A stretch of 64,000 bases of DNA from Octopus bimaculoides. Taxonomy: Eukaryota. The notes below the pieces were generated by a model. That model was given only the letters and a program-made list of their open reading frames with translations. It did no database searches and had not been told where the DNA came from. This document shows positions 37,301 through 50,200 of the stretch, piece by piece. Position 1 is the first letter of the stretch. Each line of letters starts with the position of its first letter. The stretch spans positions 79,654,319 through 79,718,318 of the forward strand of contig NC_068991.1 in the NCBI RefSeq assembly GCF_001194135.2, written 5' to 3'. Position numbers and translations under genes: made by a program.

Positions 37301-38060
37301 AGCTATGTACAAAGTATATCCTTTGGTAGCATTTCTTTACGCACATTTTGTGCATATTCGTAAAGGTTTATAGCGATTATAGTTTTTAGTCAAGCAATTA
37401 TATTACCGATTCCTTGTTCTCACATGGCATTATTTCTGAAGTAGTAGGTTTTACGAATAGGATTCCAATTATATATATACACAGGCTCCTTGTTTACCCC
37501 AACAAATGCCTATACCTACAAGCAGTCACATGACTAGTTGGTTAACTATCACGGAAAAATTACTTACAAATTCTTCTGGATGATTTGCCAGAGATAATGG
37601 AAGATTTGGAATTCTTTACAATTTTGAGATTTCACAGCATTCTTTTTTCTTTACTTTTGTTTTCCTTTCTTTATTTATTTTTTGTCCTTAATGCAGAATT
37701 TCAAGAGAGATTCCGCTAAATATCGGACTGAATTATTTCGCTGCTTCGCACGGAATATAAATACATTATGGCACTGACGTTTCCCAAGTCATTCTTTTTA
37801 TTGTAATAACATATGAATTATAGGGAATATTGTTACATGAACAATGAAGGTTTTCCAGTCATTGCGACAGAAATCTTTTCAACTCCTCGAAACCATTTAC
37901 TTGTTTCGATTGAAGCACTATCTGCTGCGCGTAAATCTCTGAATCATTAATTTTCCATCACATATTTTTCGTCGCTAACATAGTTTCTCACTTTTCGAAG
38001 ATTAGGAAGCTTTTGTGTCCATATATTCTCGTCAAATACATCGCTCGTTATGGCTGCGAA

Positions 38061-38093
<33 letters not shown>

Positions 38094-39399
38094 CAGAGAG
38101 ACAGAGAGACAGATAGAGAGAATATATTTGTTGACACCTAAGAAAGCTGTTGAGATGTCCGAATGTTATGCTCAATGCCGGTAATTCGTTTTGATATTCA
38201 TAACTGAGTGTTCTTCATTTCTTTTCTGTTTACCTTCAGAGCGACATCTACATATTATCACAATTGTGTAGATATGTCCTTTGTTAGAGTCATGTAGCTA
38301 CTATTTCATTGTTAATCAAACAAATGCTTCATGAATTTATTTCACAAAGGTTTCATACTGTCAGAGAAGATTATTAGATTGGTGTTTTGTTACCAAAACT
38401 GGTAGAATAAGAGAAATTCTTCAAATATTTTGCATAGTGGTACCAAAGAAGTTTTACGCACGAATTTCTCAGCAAGCAAATTCTATATTCATCCACAAGA
38501 AATCTATATACATTTTATTATTATTTTTAGAAAGAAAATTATGTGTGCTATCGTTGCTGGATAATTGCCACTAACAACTATATTTTTGCTTCTGGTGTTC
38601 TTAGAAGCAGTCGTAGAACTTAGGGTTTAATTTACATACCAATTTCGTCACTGGGTCTGCAGTTGACTGCGAAAGAAAGTGTTTATCACTTAAGCATGTA
38701 TCTTAGCATCATATTTTGCAGTCAGATTTTGCATGTATGAAAATATAAAGAAATTTTAGATGGCAATAATAATACACCAGTTAATTGGTTGTAGCAAGAG
38801 AAACATTGCTAAGAAGTCTCTGTTTTTATTCCTTTGTGCGTCTGTAGAAGGGACGGACGATAACATTTTGTTATTGCTGTCAGTAAAACGAATGACGGGT
38901 ATAGGCACATTCTAAGTACTGTCTGGCGTTGTGAATCAATATCTTTCCTGGAACTCAATGCATAAATTAGGCGTCACGATAAGATAGTGGTTAGGAGGAA
39001 ATCAAATGTATGTAGCGCTATCGGGATGCAAATAGATGACCAAATTTCCCTCTCTCAGCCCCACCCTCTTTGTCTTTCCCTCGACGTATATAATATATAT
39101 ATGTGTGTATGTGTGTGCGTGTGTATGTGTGTGTGTATACACTCACACCTTTGCCCTTCGAATCTGATTCTGAGGGAATGTGTTCGCGAACTAGAATATG
39201 TCTTTTAATCCAGATGTTGTCTTGCTAGTCTTCTAACATATGACACAAGTTGAAAGAGGCGGTTGGGGTTCAAGATTATTGCTTGCCTCAAGCATTTAGA
39301 CGTGACTTCATATGATTCACGTATCCTGTTTTTAACAACGGAACCTGATCGCACACAATACATATCTAATATTCATTATTGATTTCAGTGAAATTGTTC

Positions 39400-40090
39400 C
39401 TTTCCGACAGGCCCTTTGAAAGCTCAGAGCAATGAATCATCTTATCCTCCCAGCCGTTACAACCAGTCCTTACAACACCTCTCTATTTGTTCCAATACAA
39501 AGCATTCGTTTCCCAGTCACTTTTGTTCATATCTAGTTTCTTAGGGTCTTCTTTCAGACAGTCTTTATACCTTTTCCTTGGCTTAGGTTGTGGTCGATTA
39601 CTACAGTTGAACTCACATAAGAAAAGACGCTTTTGCAATCGCTTAGCTTTCATTTTAATAATATATCCTGCCCATCTCATTTGCGCCAAGATGACATGTT
39701 ATTCAACTGAGCTACAACGTGTCATGCGCAAAACCTCTGTATCTGGTACGAATCGTTCCCTCTTGCACCCCAAGTAAAGCCTGAAGCACTTTTGGTGAAA
39801 TCTCTCCAGCATTTTCAAATAACGCCTGTGAGTGGTTCACTTCTTACTCGAATAAAGAAGTGCTGTCATTGCACACGTTTTTTAGGCACTGATTTTTGTC
39901 GGTAAGTAAACACCTCTATCCACCCATACTCGCACATGCACACTTCCTATCCCTATTCTGCATCAAGACCACCATTTCATGACAGTGTGCTTCCAAAGTA
40001 AACAAAGGTGTCAATGAATTCTAACATTGTTCTATTCACAGAAATGTTTGGTTTGGAATATGTTTGTCCTGGCACGGGAATAAATTAACT
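39400..40090 (-). mobile_element. RTE-clade LINE 3' fragment
   Basis: AQMRWAGYIIKMKAKRLQKRLFLCEF...RPQPKPRKRYKDCLKEDPKKLDMNKSDWETNALYWNK matches the QLRWAGH..RM...RLPK...ELxxGKRP...P.KR.KD motif of RTE ORF C-termini. Confidence 0.85.
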
Positions 40091-40263
40091 TTGGTTTTCC
40101 GAAGGCTAATCGTGAGTCGGAAGTGTCCACATGCAAGGGAAAATCTGTCCATTATATGTGCATATCTTCCCCTGAGTGTGGCAACAAACCAGAATTATCA
40201 GCTTCTAAATATGCATTTCTCTTCTAAATATATTCAACAATTGCCTCTCTCTATATATATCCC

Positions 40264-40311
<48 letters not shown>

Positions 40312-41276
40312 TGTATATATGTATATGTATGTATATTTACATATATGAAGCTTAATCGTATTTATCTGCACATTATCTCCCTATAAGTTCACTTGGCTTT
40401 CTCTTATTGTCAAACTGTACACTGTGAAGCTAACCCTCGNNNNNNNNNNNNNNNNNNNNNNNNNNNNNNNNNNNNNNNNNNNNNNNNNNNNNNNNNNNNN
40501 NNNNNNNNNNNNNNNNNNNNNNNNNNNNNNNNNNNNNNNNNNNNNNNNNNNNNNNNNNNNNNNNNNNNNNNNNNNNNNNNNNNNNNNNNNNNNNNNNNNN
40601 NNNNNNNNNNNNNNNNNNNNNNNNNNNNNNNNNNNNNNNNNNNNNNNNNNNNNNNNNNNNNNNNNNNNNNNNNNNNTATATATATACATATATATGCATA
40701 TACACGCACATACATACATACACACAGTTGTACATTTATTACGTAAGTGTGTGTATGGTTGTATGTATGTATGTATGTATGTATGCATATATATATATGC
40801 ATATATGTATGCATATATGTATGCATGCGAGATCATGCTGAATTAAAATTTCTGAAGATAGCAAGGAATAATTCATGAATAAATGTTTTAGAAAGAACTC
40901 AATAAGGAAAACAAAGATATTATCTGAATTATCTCTTTCCGAAGTAATGACGTATTAAACAGCTTGCACTAAAATCTAATTAACAATCTACAATAGTTGT
41001 TTGCTTATGCATAATAACATGCATCGTGTTGAACATAAATGGTTTACATGAAATTACCGAACTCAAAAGGCCTATACTTGTATCCATGAATTTTGATAAG
41101 TATAAATAAACTCCAATTTTAAAATTATAATTAGTTTTAGATTCGTGATGTTCAAGACGCACACACACATACACACACAGAGGCATGCACTACTTTGATA
41201 TAAATTCGCGCGCATAGGTGATGTATTGTTTATATTATATAAGAATATATGTCTCACTCCCTTCGCCCTCTCCCTC

Positions 41277-41375
<99 letters not shown>

Positions 41376-41764
41376 NNNNNNNNNNNNNNNNNNNNNNNNN
41401 NNNNNNNNNNNNNNNNNNNNNNNNNNNNNNNNNNNNNNNNNNNNNNNNNNNNNNNNNNNNNNNNNNNNNNNNNNNNNNNNNNNNNNNNNNNNNNNNNNNN
41501 NNNNNNNNNNNNNNNNNNNNNNNNNNNNNNNNNNNNNNNNNNNNNNNNNNNNNNNNNNNNNNNNNNNNNNNNNNNNNNNNNNNNNNNNNNNNNNNNNNNN
41601 NNNNNNNNNNNNNNNNNNNNNNNNNNNNNNNNNNNNNNNNNNNNNNNNNNNNNNNNNNNNNNNNNNNNNNNNNNNNNNNNNNNNNNNNNNNNNNNNNNNN
41701 NNNNNNNNNNNNNNNNNNNNNNNNNNNNNNNNNNNNNNNNNNNNNNNNNNNNNNNNNNNNNNNN

Positions 41765-41811
<47 letters not shown>

Positions 41812-41974
41812 ATATATACACACACACACACACATGCAAAGAAGTGTAGCAGCAAAATGCCTTGCTGTGCTTAACTCACGCTCTTTCTATTCAATGTTCC
41901 AAGTCAGCATTCCTTCTTTTAGTATCGATACAATAAAGAACTAAGGTTCTGATATTTACGATGTGATTCATTCA

Positions 41975-42120
41975 GTTTCTAGCCTACCAAATCCACTCAC
42001 AAGGGATTGGTTGGCGTGATGTTATAGTAAAAACCCCTCTCCCGAGCTGCCAGGCGGTGGAACTGAAACTGCAACTATGTGGTTGGGAAGCAAACTTCTT
42101 ACCACACAACTGCGCCTGCG
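41975..42120 (-). mobile_element. SINE family B, 5' part
   Basis: ctaccaaatccactcacaagg...atgtggttgggaagcaaacttcttaccacacaactgcgcctgcg is the reverse complement of the family B head. Confidence 0.75.
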
Positions 42121-42430
42121 TATGTTTCAATATTATGACAACATACGAAACTATACACACGTCGTATTAATTGTATGTTGTATCGATTACTGTTGTCTGC
42201 ACTCTGTGATCAAAAACAATGGAATTCAACATTGCCGTTCATGTTTTCGGGATCAATAAGGAAGACTGTTCTCCCGTGCTAAGGTCAATTGCCCTCTTTT
42301 TCTTTCTCTTTTCTATTGTTGTAATCAGACTCAGAGACAGATCGGCTCCATCACATCTAAACTGTACAGGACACACCGTATACCACGATGTCGGCCCCAC
42401 TGCTCCGTCAGAAAGTGAAGAGCCAAAGGA

Positions 42431-42469
<39 letters not shown>

Positions 42470-42930
42470 NNNNNNNNNNNNNNNNNNNNNNNNNNNNNNN
42501 NNNNNNNNNNNNNNNNNNNNNNNNNNNNNNNNNNNNNNNNNNNNNNNNNNNNNNNNNNNNNNNNNNNNNNNNNNNNNNNNNNNNNNNNNNNNNNNNNNNN
42601 NNNNNNNNNNNNNNNNNNNNNNNNNNNNNNNNNNNNNNNNNNNNNNNNNNNNNNNNNNNNNNNNNNNNNNNNNNNNNNNNNNNNNNNNNNNNNNNNNNNN
42701 NNNNNNNNNNNNNNNNNNNNNNNNNNNNNNNNNNNNNNNNNNNNNNNNNNNNNNNNNNNNNNNNNNNNNNNNNNNNNNNNNNNNNNNNNNNNNNNNNNNN
42801 NNNNNNNNNNNNNNNNNNNNNNNNNNNNNNNNNNNNNNNNNNNNNNNNNNNNNNNNNNNNNNNNNNNNNNNNNNNNNNNNNNNNNNNNNNNNNNNNNNTA
42901 TATATACATATACACACATACACACACACG

Positions 42931-42982
<52 letters not shown>

Positions 42983-44219
42983 CACGTATATGTATGTTTA
43001 TATCTATTCGCAATCATACATTGATCATCTTTGAAACAACTCGACAAATTCACATTATTGTTCACATCAAAGTGACAGGTCTTTTATATCTATGCTCTTG
43101 TTTCTCATTTTATGTCAGAACTCACTTCAGATTATATTATTTTAATTGAATGATTGCCTCATTAAATATTACATTAATTTCCGGTCTTTTTGAACACCGT
43201 TTTACGTCCGATTCAAACCCTATCTTTCTATATATCCGGAGTATAAGCTATAGTGGAAGGGAGTACGTGGGTGTATAATAATGTGTGTTGTATCACTGAG
43301 AAGAAAAAAATAGAATTAACATAAATATTCTTTGGATGTTTTTAAAATGAGAATGACTTTATCATTTCTTGAATACACAGCTATGATAATAATGACTTAT
43401 CTAGACTGCTATTCAGAATCTCACGACACGATACAAAATAATGCGACTTGTAGTATAAAAATCCGTTGTTCCTATTAGTATTATTATTATTAGTATTATT
43501 ATTTTTATCACAAGGAAGATAAACGAAATCTATTTAAATGTTAATCAGTAGCGCGTTATGAAATTACGTTTACATATAAAATCTTTAACGGAGTTCATAT
43601 CCTGTGTATTTTTGCATAGTTTTTATATACACAATAGCAATTTCCAATAACCCTGGTCCTATTTGACCTCTCCATTTTAATATTAACTACTTCACAGAAT
43701 TCTGGATTACGAGTGCAATAATCAATACATTAATATTCAGATCTTTAAGTACAAAATTTATGTTATGTATTATTTAATGATGCAGATATGTTGATATTTT
43801 TCAAAATAATATATAATTATTCATATATTTCATTTACGTTGAATAACATTTATCAATGTCCTGTGCAAGTAAAAAATGTTTGACTACACGAAAATCTGCA
43901 TATGAAGACGAAAGCATATAAACACAGTGATGTGTTTATGTTATCTCTTTTAAGAACATATGGAATTTTATTGTATTAAAACATTGAATACATTCAATAA
44001 ATCTGGTTTGGCATTGTTCAAGATAGCATAGCAAATGCAAGTGGAATTGGTGCACCATTCCTCAACCCGGCTCTATCAACAAATCAATAAGCTTCATACG
44101 GCACATTTATCTCTTTGATGTACTTGGCAGCTATGTCACTGGTTGAGGCATTTCATTTTAGATGTCTTTCACTTCGCATCCATTTCAAGTATTTTATTCT
44201 ATACCATTTACTCATGACA

Positions 44220-44420
44220 CCAAAGGACTAAAATATTATACACTTAAACTGCTCCCTGATATGACACCACATCTTGACCAGTTGAATGACTTGAACGGAG
44301 TCCACCCTGATACACGTGTTCTACCCAGATCTCCACCCTGACGAGACATTCTCCATTTCCTGCCACCTGTCTTCGAGGCCATGCAACAGATTATGGACGT
44401 CTATCTTCCTTCTCTTTCCC
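44220..44420 (-). mobile_element. Possible RTE-type LINE extreme 3' remnant
   Basis: GC-richer patch. Minus frame ...HGLEDRWQEMENVSSGWRS only loosely resembles the DR..WR end of RTE ORFs. Confidence 0.35.
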
Positions 44421-45498
44421 GACCAAAAATAAGTTTTTGTGTGGCAAAAGTTTAAAACTAGATTTGATTAAGCAACATATACTCATTATATAATGGATGT
44501 CTTATAAACCAAACCGGCTTACGGACCTTACTAACTCAGTCGCTAATCCGACAGATTAATATAAGCTGATGCAAATGTATACTCATGCATGAGAAGACAG
44601 TAGAGATTAGTAGAAACATAGAAACCCGAACAGAATCAAATAAATATAAAACAATAACAGGTCTAATTAAGAAACAAAACATACATAAACAAGCCAAGAC
44701 AAAACGAAAACAAAATAGGAAACCATAAAAATGGCCGTGATACTTCAGATTTTTGATCGTTGGATTTGAGTCTTAAATAATGAATTCAACTCTATTTTAA
44801 TCACTTCGCTTAAATCTGCCTCAGATTTAAGAACATGTACAAGTATATGCATGTTTGTTGTAATGAGCTTCCATATATCACCCAACTACATACTTTCAGA
44901 CACAAGTTTTGTTGATCTGCTGACGTTATTATTGCAGTTATATTTAGAAATAATACATTTCTAAATCTCTCAGAGAGATTTATGCAGTAGTGAAACGATG
45001 AAATAGTTGTATGCTGTCAACTTAATGTGACAGTCATCTGAAGGGAATAATACTACTGTTGGTTAGACCTAGGAAGCTGCACTGCTTCCTGTCGGCCTTG
45101 ACACATTTCCTGTGTCCTTATGTTTACAAGGGGGCGACAAGCACCTCCACTCAGCTAAACCTGCACCCAGAGACATGTTTCTGAGGATTTGGTCATCATC
45201 TGCAAAGGATTATTTTGTCATCCTTGCTTCACTTTATACCGATGAAGACGTGAGGTATATTGGTGACCGCACTAATGACCGATCATGTTTATGTCAATGG
45301 AAAAATTACGAATGATTATTAACTCACTATAATTGTCTCTTTGAACAGATATTGTTTCTGATAGATTTATCACAAAATATTTACCTGAACAAAGGTTACA
45401 GATCCCATATCAAATATTAACTCAAAATATGGCAAACTGATTTCTGAAATTTAATGGTGTTTCTTTTATTTTTATTTATGTTTATTTTTTTCTTATGT

Positions 45499-45656
45499 GC
45501 GCAGGAGTGGCTGTGTGGTAAGTAGCTTGTTTACCAATCACATGGTTCCGGGTTCAGTCCCACTGCGTGGTACCTTGGGCAAGTGTCTTCTACTATAGCC
45601 TCGGGCGACCAAAGTCTTGCGAGTGGACTTGGTAGACAGAAACTGAAAGCCCGTCG

Positions 45657-45695
<39 letters not shown>

Positions 45696-45705
45696 NNNNN
45701 NNNNN

Positions 45706-45742
<37 letters not shown>

Positions 45743-45960
45743 ACGCATGTATGTATGTATGTATGTATGTATATGTTTGTTCCCCCAACATCACTTGACA
45801 ATCGATGGTGGTGTGTTTAGGCTCTCGTCATTTAGCGGTTCAGCAAGACAGACCGATAACATAAGTACTAAGAATAAGTCCTGGTGTCGATTTGCTCGAC
45901 TAAAGGCGGTGCTCCAGCGTGGCCGCAGTCAAATGACTGAAACAAATAAAAGTATAAGAG
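45499..45960 (+). mobile_element. tRNA-derived SINE family B, full length, with internal (TA)n(TG)n(TATG)n array
   Basis: gcgcaggagtggctgtgtggtaag (A-box) ... ccgggttcagtcccactgcgtggtaccttgggcaagtgtcttc (B-box plus core) ... microsatellite ... aaggcggtgctccagcgtggccgcagtcaaatgactgaaacaaataaaag tail. Confidence 0.9.
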
Positions 45961-46146
45961 AGTATATCTTATATGTTTGATCTGCAGGATTCTATGAGTG
46001 TATCTTCTTCGCCACAGCAATTCGATTAATCATATATTTCTACAATATTTCTACAATAACTTAACATACGGAGAAGTCCGTATGTTAAGTTATTGTAGAA
46101 ATATTATTGACGATATGCAGTTATCTTTACTAACACCGCAAATTAA

Positions 46147-46766
46147 TATCAGTTTGTGTTGCACACTTAAGCACGTACAAGCATAGATGCGTATGCGTGT
46201 GTACGTGAGCGAGAGAGAAAGAGAGCGGGGGGGGTGTATGTGTGTGCACCTGTGTGTACGTGTGTGTGCATGTGTGTATATGTGCGTGTACACATTCAAA
46301 CACTTGTGCCGTTATTTCCTTCAAGCCAACACAACAAGAATATCACAATTAAAACTCAATTTCAGGAGTAAGTCTCTTACAATTTAAATATCATGGATGT
46401 ATTCGTAGTGCAAGGACGGACATTTTACACACAGCTTCGGTTATTTTATTGTCATAAGTTGCTTAGAAAATGTCATTATTATTATTATTTTTCCATTCCG
46501 ATGCTTTTATTCTCTAAACTGTTCATGTGGAGAGTAAAGAACACAGAAAATAAATTCATTTTTATATATTTTTGAAACATCGTTTCACTTTCTATAGTTG
46601 ATCGTATACAGTACGAGAGACCATCAACGTTATGGAGTCCCAGTTTATCAAATTAGAGTTCGATAATCATAATCTTATCCGTTTTATAAGTGAAACCCTA
46701 AACTCAAGTGTTTGAATGTGTACACGCACATATACACACATGCACACACACGTACACACAGGTGCA

Positions 46767-46797
<31 letters not shown>

Positions 46798-46897
46798 TCA
46801 CACACACACACACACCCGCTCTCTTTCTCTCTCGCTCACGTACACACGCATACGCATCTATGCTCGTATGTGCTTAAGTGTGCAACACAAACTGATA
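46147..46897. repeat. Near-perfect inverted duplication: arms 46147-46306 and 46705-46897, 398 bp spacer
   Basis: tatcagtttgtgttgcacacttaagcac...gtacacattcaaacacttg is mirrored by caagtgtttgaatgtgtac...gtgcttaagtgtgcaacacaaactgata. The arms differ by a few substitutions and the length of the CA array. Confidence 0.95.
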
Positions 46898-46989
46898 ACA
46901 GATCGTTTAACTAGCTGGAATCTACTACAGATTTCCATGTTTTCAATATCTCTTTGATTGAAAGGTGCATTATTTCCCAGGTGAAAATC

Positions 46990-47300
46990 ACTGGGCTCCC
47001 ATCTTTGGGATCGTTCTATACGTCAGTCATCGGATGTCTTGTATGTTCTATCCATCTATCAATTTTCTCCGCCCACTGTTCCCGGGACAGGCGTGAAGGA
47101 TGAGTTCTCAGGCAGCCCCTCCATAGAGTCCTATCGGAAGCAACCATCCTTTGACACCTGAATTCCCAAGCATGATCTGGATATTATATGTTTACAAGGA
47201 GGCTCTGGATATTATACAACCGCCTCGTTTTTGGTCAATCGCCTGGTGTCCTGCCGTGTGGCTCGGGTTGAAAAATTCATCATGCAATTTTTTTCTTCAA
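46990..47300 (-). mobile_element. Possible RTE-like LINE 3' remnant
   Basis: GC-richer decayed segment with RTE-like character (e.g. YPEPPCKHIISR). Heavily frameshifted, with no full motif. Confidence 0.35.
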
Positions 47301-47479
47301 CACTCTAATCACACGCACGTAATATCGGAGTTGTGACCTCAATGCAGAGAAGTAGAATAATGAATGTGGGTTGGTATTGGAGGAGTGCAGGAGTGTATGA
47401 AATTGAATAGAGGGAGGTGAATAGAAAGAAAAGAGGTTGATAGGTTAGTATCTATTTGAGTCGGGTAAAACTAAGTAGT

Positions 47480-47830
47480 TTTGGTTGAAGGGAGAAAGGA
47501 TAGCATGGAAAGAATACCATTCATAAGGATGGAGAGGCTAAGAACTTCCCATCCTAAAGATCTTATTTTCTCTTGTGTTTGTTTTGAGGAGTATAGCCGT
47601 GCATTGTCGTGCTGGAGAATAACAGCTTTTCTGTTTACTAAAGCTGGCCACATTCCATGAAATGTTTCATTTAAACGATCAAGTTGTTGGCAATAGACAT
47701 CTATATTTATGATCCTTCTATGTTCCAGCAGCTCGTAATCGACGATGCCTTTCATGTTCCACCAAAGTTGCGCAGCATGCTTTTCATGCAAGTCTTAGGA
47801 AGTGCCACTCTAATGCCTAAAACCGCAAAC
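47480..47830 (-). mobile_element. Mariner (Mos1-like) transposase catalytic-core fossil
   Basis: LWWNMKGIVDYELLEHRRIINIDVYCQQLDRLNE...WPALVNRKAVILQHDNARLYSSKQTQEKIRSLGWEVL contains the second catalytic Asp (HDNAR) of mariner DD34D transposases. Confidence 0.9.
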
Positions 47831-47911
47831 TTCACGTAAATTTTCACTGCGAATACTTCGCAGTCACCTTACTTCGCAGTTACTTCCCTGTAACTTTTAG
47901 GGCATCCGTGG

Positions 47912-47951
<40 letters not shown>

Positions 47952-48387
47952 NNNNNNNNNNNNNNNNNNNNNNNNNNNNNNNNNNNNNNNNNNNNNNNNN
48001 NNNNNNNNNNNNNNNNNNNNNNNNNNNNNNNNNNNNNNNNNNNNNNNNNNNNNNNNNNNNNNNNNNNNNNNNNNNNNNNNNNNNNNNNNNNNNNNNNNNN
48101 NNNNNNNNNNNNNNNNNNNNNNNNNNNNNNNNNNNNNNNNNNNNNNNNNNNNNNNNNNNNNNNNNNNNNNNNNNNNNNNNNNNNNNNNNNNNNNNNNNNN
48201 NNNNNNNNNNNNNNNNNNNNNNNNNNNNNNNNNNNNNNNNNNNNNNNNNNNNNNNNNNNNNNNNNNNNNNNNNNNNNNNNNNNNNNNNNNNTATATGTAT
48301 GTATGTACGTATATGTATATACAGACATACATGTGTCTATATATTAATCAAAAATACCCTTCACATAAACGTAAAATATGCTTATAA

Positions 48388-50065
48388 ATGTTTAATAATG
48401 ATATTGTATGTTTGTTTCTATTCATTTGTCTAAATGGTCGCAGACCTTTTAAATATGCATTTCCACATAAAATAAACAGCTTTACTCTCGTTTATGAAAT
48501 AAATGCTTTAGAAGATTATACCAAAAATGTACACATTAAAACGATAATATTGAGAAGTTTACAGATTATGATTATGAAATCCATTTCTTCCTTGAAGAGA
48601 TTAAATGAAACGCTGTTCCTGGCTTTCTTTTTCGTTTATTCATATTTAAAAGGATTGCCGTCTCAAAACATTTCAAAACATATTTTTTTAATATCCTCTT
48701 AGCTCTGTTCCTTGAATTTCTGCTATTAATAATATATTAGAACGTTCCGACGTTCGTCATGGGGGAGAAGCTAAACAACACAGATATTATTTCCACTGTC
48801 GAGAATCTCCAATGATTTGTTTTACATTTTTTTTTTTTTGCAAAATATTCTCTTACTAAATTCAATTCCCGTGATATTAAAGCAGTGAGCTATCTATGGG
48901 GATGGAGTCAGAAAACAGTGAACTGATTACTTTTTAGAAATGTCTGTTCTCTTAGAGTAAATCTGCCTGGATTATCTTTGAATTTTATTTCTTGGGAATG
49001 TTTTGATGCAAAAGCACCAGCCATATAGTGGTTCCAGTTCACTCAACTACCTGCAACATTTGGTGAGTTTTAACAGAGAGGATTCTGAATTCTTCTGACA
49101 TACCAATCTCACTGAATGCGTGAATTGAAATCAGTTTAACAAGCAATTCAAGCAATTAGGATGTATTAGATTCAACACACCTTCTTCAGAATTTATATAA
49201 TATTACTCCCTTTCTATGTAGAATATTTGAATTTATTTTTGTTTAATGCTTGAATCAGCTGAAAAAGATCGGTGCCGATGATTCTTCTCAAGTACTCAAT
49301 GCCTGCTTGTAGAAAGTGAAGAATTTACTCTCAGATAAGAAACTGACTCCAAATTCTTACAACAGGGTGAATTAACTCGAAATCCAGTTATAGGCCAGCT
49401 GGTGGTATTAAAGATGCAGGCAGGTTATGCCTACAATTTCAATGCTGGGTTCCCGACTGGCTTCCACGACCATGCATTATAGACGCTGTACCCATACTTT
49501 TCACCAATGAACGCTGTACATGTAAATCTTCAAAATGGAATATATATTGGTACGTGAGCTTCTGAACATAAAGTTGTGTCATACATTAGAGAACTATTTG
49601 CATATAAAAACAGAGCAGCTGCTGCAACGCCTCAATATTCCAGACAAAGCAAAACTAATCAAATTACGACGGCTAACAAATCTCTACTCTTTAGTATCAT
49701 CCGTTCCTTTCAACTTTCCTTACAACCATTCTGAATTTCTGTTTTAGATGGTTGTTTATTACAATATTCACCTCTTTCAGCTCCCCATCCTTTTAATTCA
49801 GTCTCGTATGCCAAGGTATTTTAAAACTTACATCGTTATAATCGTTTCGTTATAGAACTGCAATACCCTAACATTTTCCTATCTTCCCATATCCCCTTCT
49901 ATCCCTGCAGGCATCATCTGCATTCTCCTCAGAAGTGGAGAATCAAAGAAAACAGTGTGAGACCGTAATAGAGAAACATGAAAATAACAATAAAAGAAAA
50001 CGATGCACGGAGGTGTTATTAGGGAAAGATTTTAAATACGGAAAGCAGAATTATATATCGTTCGT
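48388..50065 (+). pseudogene. Possible degenerate LRR/Toll-like receptor gene fossil
   Basis: Ordered but frameshifted motifs: LFRNVCSLRVNLPGLSLNFISWECFD (48930-49007), SSLNYLQHLVSFN (49036-49074), LFTNERCTCKSSKWNIYW (49497-49550, LRR-CT-like), a hydrophobic FLTTILNFCFRWLFITIFTSF (from 49716), and DFKYGKQNYISF (50028-50063). All matches are partial. Confidence 0.3.
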
Positions 50066-50099
50066 AACTCAACAAGATCTCTAGACCACTGCTTTGAAT

Positions 50100-50200
50100 G
50101 CCTCCAGTATTTGTAATGCTGCTTCGAGTTCAAATCTTACGGTGACCAGTTTTACCTTTCATCCCCTTTCCGTTGATATATAGAATCGCAGTCAAGTATT
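50100..50200 (+). mobile_element. SINE family A, highly diverged fragment
   Basis: cgagttcaaatcttacggtgaccagttttacctttcatcccctttccgttgata retains the B-box and the tttcatcc block. Confidence 0.55.

Noticed and set aside
37700-38350. Strong polypyrimidine acceptors near 37696 and 38240
   Set aside because: All three downstream frames hit stops before a credible donor.
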